Below are positions 1-13,500 of a stretch of 64,000 nt of DNA, in pieces. Made by a program: the position numbers and the translations under genes. This DNA comes from Octopus vulgaris (Eukaryota): contig OX597824.1 of assembly GCA_951406725.2 (NCBI GenBank), positions 8,494,001 through 8,558,000 on the forward strand. Reading direction: 5' to 3'. The notes beneath the pieces are model-generated. The model was given only the letters and a program-made list of their open reading frames with translations. It ran no database searches and was not told the origin of the DNA. Position 1 is the stretch's first letter; every line of letters starts with the position of its first letter.

Positions 1-222
1 GGTTTGTTTATGTCTCCGTAACTTAGCCATTTGGAAAAGAGACCGACAGAGTAAGTACAAAACATCCTTTCATCACTGTATTTATCAATTTATCAAACCA
101 AACAACAATCCCTAAACAAATATATATACATACATATATAAGTACTCGCGTCGACTCGTTCGATTAAATCTTTCGAGGTGGAGCCCCTACAAGGCCGTGG
201 TCCAAAGACTGAAACAAGTAGA
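1..222 (+). mobile_element. 3' portion of a tRNA-derived SINE (same family as 44407-44935), degenerate and interrupted
   Basis: gtttatgtctccgtaacttagc..gaaaagagaccga..agtaagtac and tail ggtggagcccct..ggccgtggtccaaagactgaaacaagta align with the 3' half of the copy at 44770-44915. Confidence 0.6.
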
Positions 223-599
223 CCCCACCACTTACGGTCATGAAAAGGCCAAGTCAGTGATATTAGTGCAAGAATTTCCAAATCGTTTGATAACCATGCA
301 TTCCATTGACTCCACATAATTGCAATAATACATAGAAGAGGATTCAAAGAAAATACAATACATACAAAGACGTACTCGTAACGCGCAGACTATGAAAATA
401 GACATAGAAAAATAATTTGGTTCAACCCGCTTTTTAGCATGAGTGTAACATTCAATATTTAATAGATATTTCCTCACCAAATGCTAATATTAAAATCTGT
501 GTAACAAAAAAACAGTCCTCTAACTCAATAAGATTATTGCAAGATATGGTTTGTCTTTTCAATTTTGTCGCAAAAAAGCACTAATAGCAGATCTAAATT

Positions 600-860
600 T
601 TTAAAAAAAATGGTTACAAGAAAAATTATATCGGCATCATTGCAAAAACGTTCTAACATAGATATTCACAAAATATTCACTCCTTCATATTTAGAGATAA
701 ACGAATCTGTATTTCTTTATCAGGAGTTTCACGAAGACGGATATTAAGAGTTCAAATACATATTCGTCTATTGTATGTCCTATCTCGTGGAAAATTTATA
801 TCCTTATAAAATCTGCTCAGATGTTGAACATGAAGCAAAAACTGATGTCAAAAGGTAGTT
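600..860 (+). pseudogene. Highly degenerate Penelope-like GIY-YIG endonuclease fragment
   Basis: Manual translation NYIGIIAKTF*HRYSQNIHSF...SLS, then ISWKI in another frame; resembles the PLE pattern YIG.T...FK.RY..H..SF...LS...I.W.I. Confidence 0.4.
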
Positions 861-1084
861 TCATGAAGGGGAATCTTTTAAGCTAACATCCAATTAAAAG
901 CTGAAAACATCAAACCAGCAATAAAATTGGGTCGTGTAAAATGTCATATGAGATGCAATTAGCAGCAATCCTTACTAAACTGATACAATTAGATAGAATA
1001 TGCTGACGTTGCAAAATAGAATACAGTGTGAAAGTAAAACCGATTGACCAACGACGACCGAGCAAAAATCATGAGATGATTCGC

Positions 1085-1085
<1 letters not shown>

Positions 1086-1115
<30 letters not shown>

Positions 1116-1184
1116 GTATGTATGTATGTATGTATGTATGTATGTATGTATGTATGTATGTATCTATCTATCTATCTATCTATA
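1086..1184. repeat. Compound microsatellite (CT)n(ATGT)n(ATCT)n
   Basis: Directly visible. Confidence 0.95.
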
Positions 1185-1231
1185 CTTTATTTAAATAAAG
1201 CATATTACTCTACCTCTGGTATTTGAGTACG

Positions 1232-4200
1232 CAGATGTAGTGCGTGTTACAAACCATCAACATGTTATTGAAAGGGCAGCTGCTGAACAAGAATCTTTTT
1301 TGTGCATGGCGCAAAAGATTGTACAGCAGCTAACCTGGCTCCATCAAACTCAAACTCACAGATGGGACTATCCACAATACACAAGACCACCACAGCAAAT
1401 AGACCCAAGGTGGACACCACTGGCAACAACACACACATCACCTCGATGCTCCTACTGAACATCAGAGGACTGCTAACACTCAGTAACAGGACAAACATCC
1501 CTTTCTTGAGAGACCTTGTTGCATGCAATCAAGCCTTATGCATAGCACTTACGGAAACACACCTGAAACCGGATATAGCAGATGCGGAAATACACATACC
1601 ACAGTATGTTGTATTACGGACCGACAAAAAAGAAAGGAGTCATGGTGGAGTTGCTATGTACATCCGCGAGGACCTCACACCCCAGGTCCTTTTGTGATAC
1701 TCAAATTCGGTGTGTGACTCACTAATTGTACATATAAGGCAACTCGGTGTAGTTATATGTGCTACATATCGCCCTCCAGATGCTCCAAGTCATATAGGCA
1801 AGTTTGAAGACTGCCTTACAAAAATAGAAGTTCTAGTCACATTAGAACAACACATAAGTATACTTCTTATGGGAAACTTCAATCTGCCTAATGTCAGATG
1901 GCCCGAGGGCCTTTCTCGCCCAGGAATGACACGATGTGAACGAGGACAGGTGAGGTCCCTCCTGAACCTCATCAACACTCTGTTCATGGAGCAAATAATA
2001 CTCCAACCAACTAGGGCAGGTAACATACTGGATCTCTGCTTCACAAATAATATGGATCTCATCCATAATGTGAAAGTGACACCGACTCTACTCTCGGATT
2101 ACAACATGGTAGAGTTGACCATGTACGGGCCAAAGGAAAGCATGGACATGCAGCCTACAAGAAACTCTCAGAATCTTTCCAGCTTGAACTTCCATAAGGC
2201 AAATTGGAAACAAATTGAGAAAGAGATCCTAAAGAAAAACTAGCCTAAATGTCTCTCCTCACCAGACATCGACATGAAAAACTTCAACAATTCATGTCTG
2301 TAATGAAAGCCATATGCTACAAATGTGTCCCAGAGAGAAAGGCCACTGTACACAAGAACAAAATCCCCAGAAAGAGGAAAATTCTAATGAGACGGCGTAC
2401 AAAAGTTTCAAATCGCCTAAACAAACAAATAGAAAGCATTGAAAAGTCCCGCCTGAAAATAAAACTGCTGGAAATTGAAAAATGTCTGCAACTCTCCCAT
2501 GAAAAAGAAAGAGCAGACAAAGAAGCCTGGGCTATAGACAACATAAAATCTAACCCCAGAGCTTTCTACAAGTTTGCCAAAGAAACAGCTACGGTGCACT
2601 GTAGGATAGAGCCACTCCTTGAAAAAGATGGCACACTCACAGGAAATCCAATGAGGATAAGTGAAATATTAAATGAGCAATTCAAAAGTATTTTCACTCC
2701 AACCCTAGGGCATTTTCAAGTCAGCAATCCAACTGATTTCTTTACCACTGCAGATATAAAATTAGAGGCAACGATGATTGATTACATCAATATAAAGGAA
2801 GACGATGTAATAAGGGCTATAGATGAAATGAACCCAAACTCAGCTACTGGCCCCGATGGATTCCCAGCAATCCTGTAAGGGAGTCCTAGCAAGACCACTG
2901 CAGTTCCTCTTTCAGAGCTTCCTTGCAACTGGCAAACTTCCAAGAAAACTGAAGGAGGGTGAAATATACCCTATTCATAAAGGAGGTAGCAGAGCGGAGG
3001 CCAAGAACTACAGACCTATCTCTCTGACCTCACACATCAGCAAGGTCATGGAACGAATAGTCAGAAGGAAACTAATCGCCTTCCTTGAAGAAAATAACTT
3101 GCTGCCTGACACCCAACATGGTTTCCGACCAAGAAGAAGCTGCCTAACTCAGCTCCTACAACACTATGATTGGGTACTGAAACAACTGCTCAACCACTCA
3201 AATGTGGAAGTGATATATCTCGACTTTGCAAAGGCCTTTGATAAAGTCGATCATGGAATGATATGTCACAAACTGCGTGATCTTGGCATAGTTGGAAAAT
3301 TGGGAGAATGGCTTCATGACTCTGAAGGATAGAAGTCAGGTGGTAGTAGCTAATGGGGCCACCTCCAGTAACACGCAAATAGTGAGCAGTGTTCTGCAAG
3401 CCACTGTTTTGGGACCACTGATGTTCATAATGGCCCTCTCAGACATGCTCTCAGCCACGCAGAGAGCCACGATCACAAGTTATGCAGATGATACAAAAGT
3501 TTCACAGGTAATACAGAACCCCGAAGACACTATGCACCTGTAATGTGACCTGGACAAAATATACAAGTGGGCTGAAAAGAATAGCATGCAGTTCAATGCT
3601 GAAAAGTTTCAAGCTTTATGCTATCAGCATGCAAAACTAAATGCAATACCCAATAAATACACTGGACCTGGAGGGATTGCGATCCCAGAGGCACAATCAG
3701 TGCGAGACCTGAGTAATGATGCAACCTTTCATGTGCATGTTGCTAAATTGGCAATATGTAGGCGGCTGACCGGATGGATTCTTAAAGATTTTAGAACAAG
3801 AAACCAGGAAACCATGATGGTCCTCTGGAGGACATTTGTCCTAAGCCACTTTGACTATTGCTCTCAGCTATGGTCACCATCCAGTGTCAAATTAATCACA
3901 GAACTTGAGGCGATCCAACGAAGCTACACGAAGAAAATAGCCTCTGTGCAGCATACAAACTATTGGGAAAGACTCAAGAGATTAAGACTATATTCCTTAG
4001 AGCGTAGGCGAGAAAGATAAGCCATAATATACACCTGGAAGATCCTGGAAGGACTTGTCACAAACTTTGGCATCGAGAAATACTAGAACTGGGCAACACT
4101 GCATAGTGTCAACAACTCCATATTTGCCATCAAGATGTAGTGAGATAGCCTGGGCTTCAGAGGTCCACAGCTATTCAATATCCTCCTGAAGGACTTAAGA

Positions 4201-4455
4201 GACCTGCATGGGGTGGATGCAGATGTTTTAAAAATAAAAGTGGATCTCTTCCTGTCAGGTGTCCTAGATGAACCAACTTCACGGCAGGAGGTGCAGATAA
4301 GGGCGGCTGCATCAAAACCTCTCATACACCAAAGGGCAATTGCTAAAAAGCATACGTGAAGTAAAATCAAGTAGCAACACAAAAAGGCGGTGCCCCAGCA
4401 TGGCCAAAACTCATGAGCTGAAACTAGATAAAAAGAAAAATAAAATAAATAAAAA
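1232..4455 (+). mobile_element. Non-LTR retrotransposon (LINE, CR1/L2 group), 5'-truncated and inactivated
   Basis: Collinear APE and RT motifs across ORF fragments 1302-4020; C-terminal remnant (GFRGPQLFNILLKDLR..KVDLFLSGVLDEP) to ~4280; short 3' UTR and A-rich tail aaaagaaaaataaaataaataaaaa. Confidence 0.9.
1446..4330 (+). pseudogene. LINE ORF2 (AP endonuclease-reverse transcriptase) with multiple stops and frameshifts
   Basis: EN motifs: LLNIRGL, IALTETHL, GGVAMYIR, YRPP, MGNFNLP (GDFN mutated), LDLCFTN, LSDY (SDH mutated). RT motifs: GPDGFP, NYRPISLTSHISKVMERIV, QHGFRPRRSCLTQL, YLDFAKAFDKVDH, VLQATVLGPLMF, YADDTK, MQFNAEKF, DYCSQLWSP, LEAIQR, YWERLKRLRLYSLERRRER. Stops at 1697, 2243, 2878, 3543, 4020. 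Confidence 0.93.
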
Positions 4456-4526
4456 TACATATATATATATATAAATACACACACACACATACACAAACAC
4501 AAACACACACATATATATATATAAAT

Positions 4527-4589
4527 AAGCAGAAGGGTATCAAGTAGAAATGCAGTGCGATAGTTCAAAACGGCAAAATTTAATTGAAC
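4527..4589 (+). repeat. Left terminal inverted repeat of putative satellite-bearing foldback transposon
   Basis: aagcagaagggtatcaagtagaaatgcagtgcgatagttcaaaacggcaaaatttaattgaac; its reverse complement matches 40411-40473 at 49/63 positions without gaps. Confidence 0.75.
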
Positions 4590-7500
4590 CGAGCAAGGGA
4601 AGGAAGGAATGTTTAACATTCCAGGGAAGAAGATATGAGAGGTGAAGGGAAGGAAGGGGAGGAAGGAATGTTGAACATTACAGAGAGGGATTTTTGAGAG
4701 GTGAAGGGGAGGAAGGGGAGGAAGGAATGTTGAACATTCCAGAGAGGGGAATTGAAGGTGAAGGGGAGGGAGGAAAGAAAGGAATGTTGAACATTCCAGA
4801 GAGGGGGATTTGAAGGTGAAGTTGAGGAAGGGGAGGAAGGAATATTGAACATTCCAGAGAGGGGGATTTGAAGGTGAAGGGGAGGAACGAGAGCAAGGAA
4901 TGTTGAACATTCCAGAGAGGGGAATTGGAAGGTGAAGGGGAGGGAGGGAAGGAAGGAATGTTGAACATTCCAGAGAGGGGGATTTGATGGTGAAGATGAG
5001 GGACGGGAGCAAGAAAATGTTGAACATTCCAGAGAGGGGGATTTGAAGGTGAAGGGGAGGAAGTGGAGGAAGGAATGATGAACATTCCAGAGAGGGGACT
5101 TTAAAGGTGAAGGGGAGGAAGGGGAGGAAGGAATGTTGAACATTCCAGAGAGGGGGATTTGAAGGTGAAGGGGAGGAACGAGAGCAAGGAATGTTGAACA
5201 TTCCAGAGAGGGGAATTTGAAGGTGAAGGGGAGGAAGGGGAGGAAGGAATCTTGAACATTCCAGAGAGGGGGATTTGAAGGTGAAGATGAGGGATGGGAG
5301 CAAGGAATGTTGAACATTCCAGAGGGGGATTTGAAGGTGAATGGGAGGAAGGGGAGGAAGGAATATTGAACATTCCAGAGAGGGGGTTTGAAGGTGAAGG
5401 GGAGGAAGGGAAGGAAGGAATGTGAACATTCCAGAGAGGGGGATTTGAAGGTGAAGATGAGGGAGGGGAGGAAGGAATGATGAACATTCCAGAGAGGGGG
5501 ATTTGAAGGTGAAGGGGAGGAAGGGGAGGAAGGAATATTGAACATTCCAGAGAGGGGGATATGAAGGTGAAGGGGAGGAAGGGGAAGAAGGAATATTGAA
5601 CATTCCACAGAGGGGGATTTGAAGGTGAAGGGGAGGAAGGGGAGGAAGGAATATTGAACATTCCAGAGAGGGGGATATGAAGGTGTAAATGAGGGACGGG
5701 AGCAAGGAATGTTGAACATTCCAGAGAGGGGGATTTGAATGTGAAGGGGAGGAAGGGGAGGAAGGAATGTTGAACATTCCAGAGAGGGGGATTTGAAAGT
5801 GAAGGGGAGGAAGGGGAGGAAGGAATGTTGAACATTCCAGAGAGGGGGATTTGAAGGTGAAGATGATGGACGGGAGCAAGGAATGTTGAACATTCCAGAG
5901 AGGGGGATTTGAAGGTGAAGAGGTGGAACGGGAGGAAGGAATGGGAGGATTTGAAGGAAGGGGAATGGAAGGAATATTGAACATTCCAGAGAGGGGGATT
6001 TGAAGGTGAAGGGGAGGAAGGGGAGGAAGGAATGTTGAACATTCCAGAGAGGGGGATTTGAAGGTGAAGGGGAGGAAGGGGAGAAAGGAATGTTGAACAT
6101 TCCAGAGAGGGGGATTTGAAGGTGAAGGGGAGGAAGGGGAGGAAGGAATGTTGAACATTCCAGAGAGGGGGATTTGAAGGTGAAGATGAGGGACGTGAGC
6201 AAGGAATGTTGAACATTCCAGAGAGGGGGATTTGAAGGAGAAGGGGAGGAAGGGGAGGAAGGAATATTGAACATTCCAGAGAGGGGAATTTGAAGGTGAA
6301 GGGGAGGAAGGGGAGGAAGGAATATTGAACATTCCAGAGAGGGGGATTTGATGGTGAAGGGGAGGAAGGGGAGAAAGGAATGTTGAACATTCCAGATAGG
6401 GGGATTTGAAGGTGAAGGGGAGGAAGGGGAGGAAGGAATTTTGAACATTCCAGAGAGGGGGATTTGAAGGTGAAGGGGAGGAAGGAATGCAGAACATTCC
6501 AGAGAGGGGGATTTGAAGGTGAAGGGGAGGAAGGGGAGGAAGGAATGTTGAACATTCCAGAGAGGGGTATTTGAAGGTGAAGATGAGGGACGGAGGAAGG
6601 AATGTTGAACATTCCAGAGAGGGGAATTGAAGGTGAAAGGGAAGTAGGGGTGGAAGGAATATTGAACATTCCAGAGAGGGGGATTTGAAGGTGAAGATGA
6701 GGAAGGGGAGGAAGGAATGTTGAGCATTCCAGAGAGGGGGATTTGAAGGAGATGGGGAGGAAGGGGAGGAAGGAATATTGAACATTCCAGAGAGGGGAAT
6801 TTGAAGGTGAAGGGGAGGAAGGAGAGGAAGAAATATTGAACATTCCAGAGAGGGGAATTTTAAGGTGAAGGGGAGGAAGGGGAGGAAGGAATGTTGAACA
6901 TTCCAGAGAGGGTGAAGATTTGAAGGTGAAGATGGAGGGACGGAGCAAGAAATGTTGAACATTCCAGAGAGGGGGATTTGAAGGTGAAGGGGAGGAAGGG
7001 GAAGGAATATTGAACATTCCAGAGAGGGGGATTTGAAGGTGAAGGGAGGAAGGGGAGGAAGGAATGTTGAACATTCCAGAGAGGGGATTTGAAGGTGAAG
7101 GGAGGAAGGGAGGAAGGAATGTTGAACATTCCAGAGAGGGGGATTTGAAGGTGAAGGGGAGGAAGGGGAAGGAAGGAATATTGAACATTCCAGAGAGGGG
7201 GATTTGAAGGTGAAGGGGAGGAAGGGAGCAAGGAATGTTGAACATTCCAGAGAGGGGGATTTGAAGGTGAAGGGGAGGAAGGGGAGGAAGGAATATTGAA
7301 CATTCCAGAGAGGGGGATTTGAAGGTGAAGAGGAGGAAGGGGAGGAAGGAATGTTGAACATTCCAGAGAGGGGGATTTGAAGGTGGAGATGATGGACGGG
7401 AGGAAGGAATTTTGAACATTCCAGAGAGGGGGATTTGAAGGTGAAGGGGAGGAAGGGGAGGAAGGAATATTGAACATTCCAGAGAGGGGGATTTGAAGGT

Positions 7501-10500
7501 GAAGGGGAGGGAGGGGAGCAAGGAATGTTGAACATTCCAGAGAGGGGGATTTGAAGGTGAAGGGGAGGAAGGGGAGGAAGGAATGTTGAACATTCCAGAG
7601 AGGGGGATTTGAAGGTGAAGATGAGGGATGGGAGCAAGGAATGTTGAACATTCCAGAGAGGGGGATTTGAAGGTGAAGGGGAGGAAGGGGAGGAAGGAAT
7701 ATTGAACATTCCAGAGAGGGGGATTTGAAGGTGAAGGGGAGGGAGGGAAGGAAGGAATGTTGAACATTCCAGAGAGGGGGATTTGAAGGTGAAGATGAGG
7801 GAGGGGAGGAAGGAATGATGAACATTCCAGAGAGGGGGATTTGAAGGTGAAGATGATGGACGGGAGCAAGGAATGTTGAACATTCCAGAGAGGGGGATTT
7901 GAAGGTGAAGGGGAGGAAGGGGAGGAAGGAATGTTGAACATTCCAGAGAGGGGGATTTGAAGGTGAAGGGGAGGAAGGGGAGGAAGGAATGTTGAACATT
8001 CCAGAGAGGGGGATTTGAGAGGTGAAGGGTCGGAAGGGGTGGAAGGAATGTTGAACATTCCAGAGAGGGGGATTTGAAGGTGAAGGGGAGGAAGGGGAGG
8101 AAGGAATGTTGAACATTCCAGAGAGGGGATTTGAAGGTGAAGGGGAGGAAGGGAGAGAAGGAATGTTGAACATTCCAGAGAGGGGGATTTGAAGGTGAAG
8201 GGGAGGAAGGGGAGGAAGGAATGTTGAACATTCCAGAGAGGGGGATTTGAAGGTGAAGGGGAGGAAGGGAGGAAGGAATGTTGAACATTCCAGAGAGGGG
8301 GATTTGAAGGTGAAGGGGAGGAAGGGGAGAAAGGAATGTTGAACATTCCAGAGAGGGGGATTTGAAGGTGAAGGGGAGGAAGGAATGTTGAACATTCCAG
8401 AGAGGGATGGAATTTGAACATTCCAGAGAGGGGATTTGAAGGTGAAGGGGGAAAGGGAGGAGGAAGGAATGTTGAACATTCCAGAGAGGGGGATTTGAAG
8501 GTGAAGATGAGGGACGCGAGCAAGGAATGTTGAACATTCCAGAGAGGGGAATTGAAGGTAAAGGGGAGGTAGGGGAGGAAGGAATATTGAACATTCCAGA
8601 GAGGGGGATTTGAAGGTGAAGATGAGGGAAGGGAGCAAGGAATGTTGAACATTCCAGAGAGGGGGATTTGAAGGTGAAGGGGAGGAAGGGGAGGAAGGAA
8701 TATTGAACATTCCAGAGAGGGGGATTTGAAGGTGAAGGGGAGGAAGGGGAGGAAGGAATATTGAACATTCCAGAGGGGGATTTGAAGGTGAAGGGGAGGA
8801 ACGGGAGGAAGGAATATTGAACATTCCAGAGAGGGGGATTTGAAGGTGAAATGGGAGGAAGGGGAGCAAGGAATGTTGAACATTCCAGAGTGGGGGATTT
8901 GAAGGTGAAGGGGAGGAAGGGGAGGAAGGAATATTGAACATTCCAGAGAGGGGGATTTGAAGGTGAAGGGGAGGAAGGGGAAGAAGGAATATTGAACATT
9001 CCAGAGAGGGGGATTTGAAGGTGAAGGGGAGGAAGGGGGAGGAAGGAATGTTGAACATTCCAGAGAGGGGGATTTGAAGGTGAAGGGGAGGAAGGGGAGG
9101 AAGGAATGTTGAACATTCCAGAGAGGGGGATTTGAAGGTGAAGGGGAGGAAGGGGAGGAAGGAATGTTGAACATTCCAGAGAGGGGGATTTGAAGGTGAA
9201 GGGGAGGAAGGGGAGGAAGGAATGTTGAACATTCCAGAGAGGGGGATTTGAAGGTGAAGAGGAGGGAGGGGAGCAAGGAATGTTGAACATTCCAGAGAGG
9301 GGGATTTGAAGGTGAAGGGGAGGAAGGGGAGGAAGGAATGTTGAACATTCCAGAGAGGGGGATTTGAAGGTGAAGGGGAGGAAGGGGAGGAAGGAATGTT
9401 GAACATTCCAGAGAGGGGGATTTGAAGGTGAAGGGGAGGAAGGGGAGGAAGGAATTTTGAACATTCCAGAGAGGGGGATTTGAAGGTGAAGTGGAGGAAG
9501 GAATGTTGAACATTCCAGAGAGGGGGATTTGAAGGTGAAGATGAGGAAGGGGAGGAAGGAATATTGAACATTCCAGAGAGGGGGATTTGAAGGTGAAGTG
9601 GAGGAAGGGGAGGAAGGAATGTTGAACATTCCAGAGAGGGGGATTTGAAGGTGAAGATGAGGAAGGCGAGGAAGGAATGTTGAACATTCCAGAGAGGGGA
9701 TTTGAAGGTGAAGGGGAGGAAGGGGAGGAAGGAATATTGAACATTCCAGAGAGGGGGATTTGAAGGTGAAGATGAGGAAGGGATGCAAGGAATATTGAAC
9801 ATTCCAGAGAGGGGGATTTGAAGGTGAAGGGGAGGAAGGGGAGGAAGGAATGTTGAACATTCCAGAGAGGGGGATTTGAAGATGAAGGGGAGGAAGGGGA
9901 GGAAGGAATGTTGAACATTCCAGAGAGGGGGATTTGAAGGTGAAGGGGAGGAAGGGGAGGAAGGAATGTTGAACATTCCAGAGAGGGGGATTTGAAGGTG
10001 AAGATGATGGACGGGAGCAAGGAATGTTGAACATTCCAGAGAGGGGGATTTGAAGGTGAAGGGGAGGAAGGGGAGGAAGGAATGTTGAACATTCCAGAGA
10101 GGGGGATTTGAAGGTGAAGGGAGGAAGGGGAGGAAGGAATGTTGAACATTCCAGAGAGGGGGATTTGAAGGTGAAGGGGAGGAAGGAATGTTGAACATTC
10201 CAGAGAGGGGGATTTGAAGGTGAAGGGAGGAAGGGGAGGAAGGAATATTGAACATTCCAGAGAGGGGGATTTGAAGGTGAAGGGGAGGAAGGGGAGGAAG
10301 GGGAGGAAGGAATATTGAACATTCCAGAGAGGGGGATTTGAAGGTGAAGGGAAGGAAGGGGAGGAAGGAATGTTGAACATTCCAGAGAGGGGGATTTGAA
10401 AGTTAAGATGAGGGACAGGAGCAAGGAATATTGAACATTCCAGAGAGGGGGATTTGAAGGTGAAGGGGAGGAACGGGAGCAAGGAATGTTGAACATTCCA

Positions 10501-13500
10501 GAGAGGGGGATTTGAAGGTGAAGGGGAGGAAGGGGAGGAAGGAATATTGAACATTCCAGAGAGGGGGATTTGAAGGTGAAGGGGAGGAAGGGGAGGAAGG
10601 AATGTTGAACATTCCAGAGAGGGGGATTTGAAGGTGAAGGGGAGGAAGGGGAGGAAGGAATGTTGAACATTCCAGAGAGGGGGATTTGAAGGTGAAAATG
10701 AGGGACGGGAGCAAGAAATGTTGAGCATTCCAGAGAGGGGGATTTGAAGGTGAAGGGGAGGAAGGGGAGGAAGGAATATTGAACATTCCAGAGAGGGGGA
10801 TTTGAAGGTGAAGGGGAGGAAGGGGAGGAAGGAATGTTGAACATTCCAGAGAGGGGGATTTGAAGGTGAAGGGGAGGAAGGGGAGGAAGGAATATTGAAC
10901 ATTCCAGAGAGGGGGATTTGAAGGTGAAGGGGAGGAAGGAGAAGGAATGTTGAACATTCCAGAGAGGGGGATTTGAAGGTGAAGGGGAGGAAGGGAGGAA
11001 GGAATGTTGAACATTCCAGAGAGGGGATTTGAAGGTGAAGGGAGGAAGGGGAGGAAGGAATGTTGAACATTCCAGAGAGGGGATTTGAAGGTGAAGGGGA
11101 GGAAGGGGAGGAAGGAATATTGAACATTCCAGAGAGGGGGATTTGAAGGTGTTGGGGTGGAAGGGGAAGAAGGAATGTTGAACATTCCAGAGAGGGGGAT
11201 TTGAAGGTGAAGGGGAGGAAGGGGAGGAAGGAATATTGAACATTCCAGAGAGGGGGATTTGAAGGTGAAGGGGAGGAAGGGGAGGAAGGAATATTGAACA
11301 TTCCAGAGAGGGGGATTTGAAGGTGAAGGGGAGGAAGAAGATGAAGGAATGTTGAACATTCCAGAGAGGGGGATTTGAAGGTGAAGGGGAGGAAGGGGAG
11401 GAAGGAATGTTGAACATTCCAGAGAGGGGGATTTGAAGGTGAATATGAGGGACGGGAACAAGAAATGTTGAGCATTACAGAGAGGGGGATTTGAAGGTGA
11501 AGGGGAGGAAGGGGAGGAAGGAATGTTGAACATTCCAGAGAGGGGGATTTGAAGGTGTAGGGGAGGAAGGGGAGGAAGGAATGTTGAACATTCCAGAGAG
11601 GGGGATTTGAAGGTGAAGGGGAGGAAGGGGAGGAAGGAATGTTGAACATTCCAGAGAGGGGATTTGAAGGTGAAGGGGAGGAAGGAATGTTGAACATTCC
11701 AGAGAGGGGGATTTGAAGGTGGAGGGAAGGAAGGGGTGGAAGGAATGTTGAACATTCCAGAAAGGGGGATTTGAAGGTGAAGGGAAGGAAGGGGAGGAAG
11801 GAATGTTGAACATTCCAGAGAGGGGGATTTGAAGGTGAAGGGGAGGAAGGGAAGGGAAGAATGTTGAACATTCCAGAGAGGGGGATTTGAAGGTGAAGGG
11901 GAGGAAGGGGAGGAAGGAATATTGAACATTCCAGAGAGGGGGATTTGAAGGTGAAGGGGAGGAAGGGGAGGAAGGAATATTGAACATTCCAGAGAGGGGG
12001 ATTTGAAGGTGAAGGGGAGGAAGGGGAGGAAGGAATGTTGAACATTCCAGAGAGGGGGATTTGAAGGTGAAGGGGAGGGAGGGGAGGAAGGTATGTTGAA
12101 CATTCCAGAGAGGGGGATTTGAAGGTGAAGATGAGGGAGGGAGCAAGGAATGTTGAACATTCCAGAGAGGGGGATTTGAAGGTGAAGGGGAGGAAGGGGA
12201 GGAAGGAATGTTGAACATTCCAGAGAGGGGGATTTGAAAGTGAAGGGGAGGAAGGGGAGGAAGGAATGTTGAACATTCCAGAGAGGGGGATTTGAAGGTG
12301 AAGATGATGGACAGGAGCAAGGAATGTTGAACATTCCAGAGAGGGGGATTTGAAGGTGAAGGGGAGGAAGGGGAAGAAGGAATGTTGAACATTCCAGAGA
12401 GGGGGATTTGAAGGTGAAGGGGAGGAAGGAATGTTGAACATTCCAGAGAGGGGGATTTGAAGGTGAAGGGGAGGAAGGGGAGAAAGGAATGTTGAACATT
12501 CCAGAGAGGGGATTTGAAGGTGAAGGGGAGGAAGGGGAGGAAGGAATGTTGAACATTCCAGAGAGGGGGATTTGAAGGTGAAGGGGAGGAAGGAATGGTG
12601 AACATTCCAGAGAGGGGGATTTGAAGGTGAAGGGGAGGAACGGGAGGAAGGAATGTTGAACATTCCAGAGAGGGGGATTTGAAGGTGAAGGGGGGAAGGG
12701 GAGGAAGGAATGTTGAACATTCCAGAGAGGGGGATTTGAGAGGTGAAGGGGAGGAAGGGGAGGAAGGAATATTGAACATTCCAGAGAGGGGGATTTGAAG
12801 GTGAAGGTGAGGGACGGGAGCAAGAAATGTTGAACATTCCAGAGAGGGGGATTTGAAGGTGAAGGGGAGGAAGGGGAGGAAGGAATATTGAACATTCCAG
12901 AGAGGGGGATTTGAAGGTGAAGGGGAGGAAGGGGAGGAAGGAATATTGAACATTCCAGAGAGGGGGATTTGAATGTGAAGGGGAGGAAGGGGAGGAAGGA
13001 ATGTTGAACATTCCAGAGAGGGCGATTTGAAAGTGAAGGGGAGGAATGGGAGGAAGGAATGTTGAACATTCCAGAGAGGGGGATTTGAAGGTGAAGATGA
13101 TGGACGGGAGCAAGGAATGTTGAACATTCCAGAGAGGGGGATTTGAAGGTGTTGGGGAGGAAGGGGAGGAAGGAATGTTGAACATTCCAGAGAGGGGGAT
13201 TTGAAGGTGAAGGGGAGGAAGGGGAGGATGGAATGTTGAACATTCCAGAGAGGGGGATTTGAAGGTGAAGGGGAGGAAGGGGAGGAAGGAATGTTGAACA
13301 TTCCAGAGAGGGGGATTTGAAGGTGAAGGGGAGGAAGGAGGAAGGAATTTTGAACATTCCAAGAGGGGGATTTGAAGGTGAAGGAGAAGGGGAGGAAGGA
13401 ATGTTGAACATTCCAGAGAGGGGGATTTGAAGGTGAAGGGGAGGAAGGGGAGGAAGGAATGTTGAACATTCCAGAGAGGGGGATTTGAAGGTGAAGATGA

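Noticed and set aside
923-935. aaattgggtcg matching part of the right TIR (40419-40429)
   Set aside because: Only 11 bp and does not extend convincingly; compatible with chance.
4515-4530. Target-site duplication for the putative foldback element
   Set aside because: Flanks ataaat| and |cttttg do not match as TA, TTAA, 8-bp or 9-bp duplications, so no superfamily is assigned.
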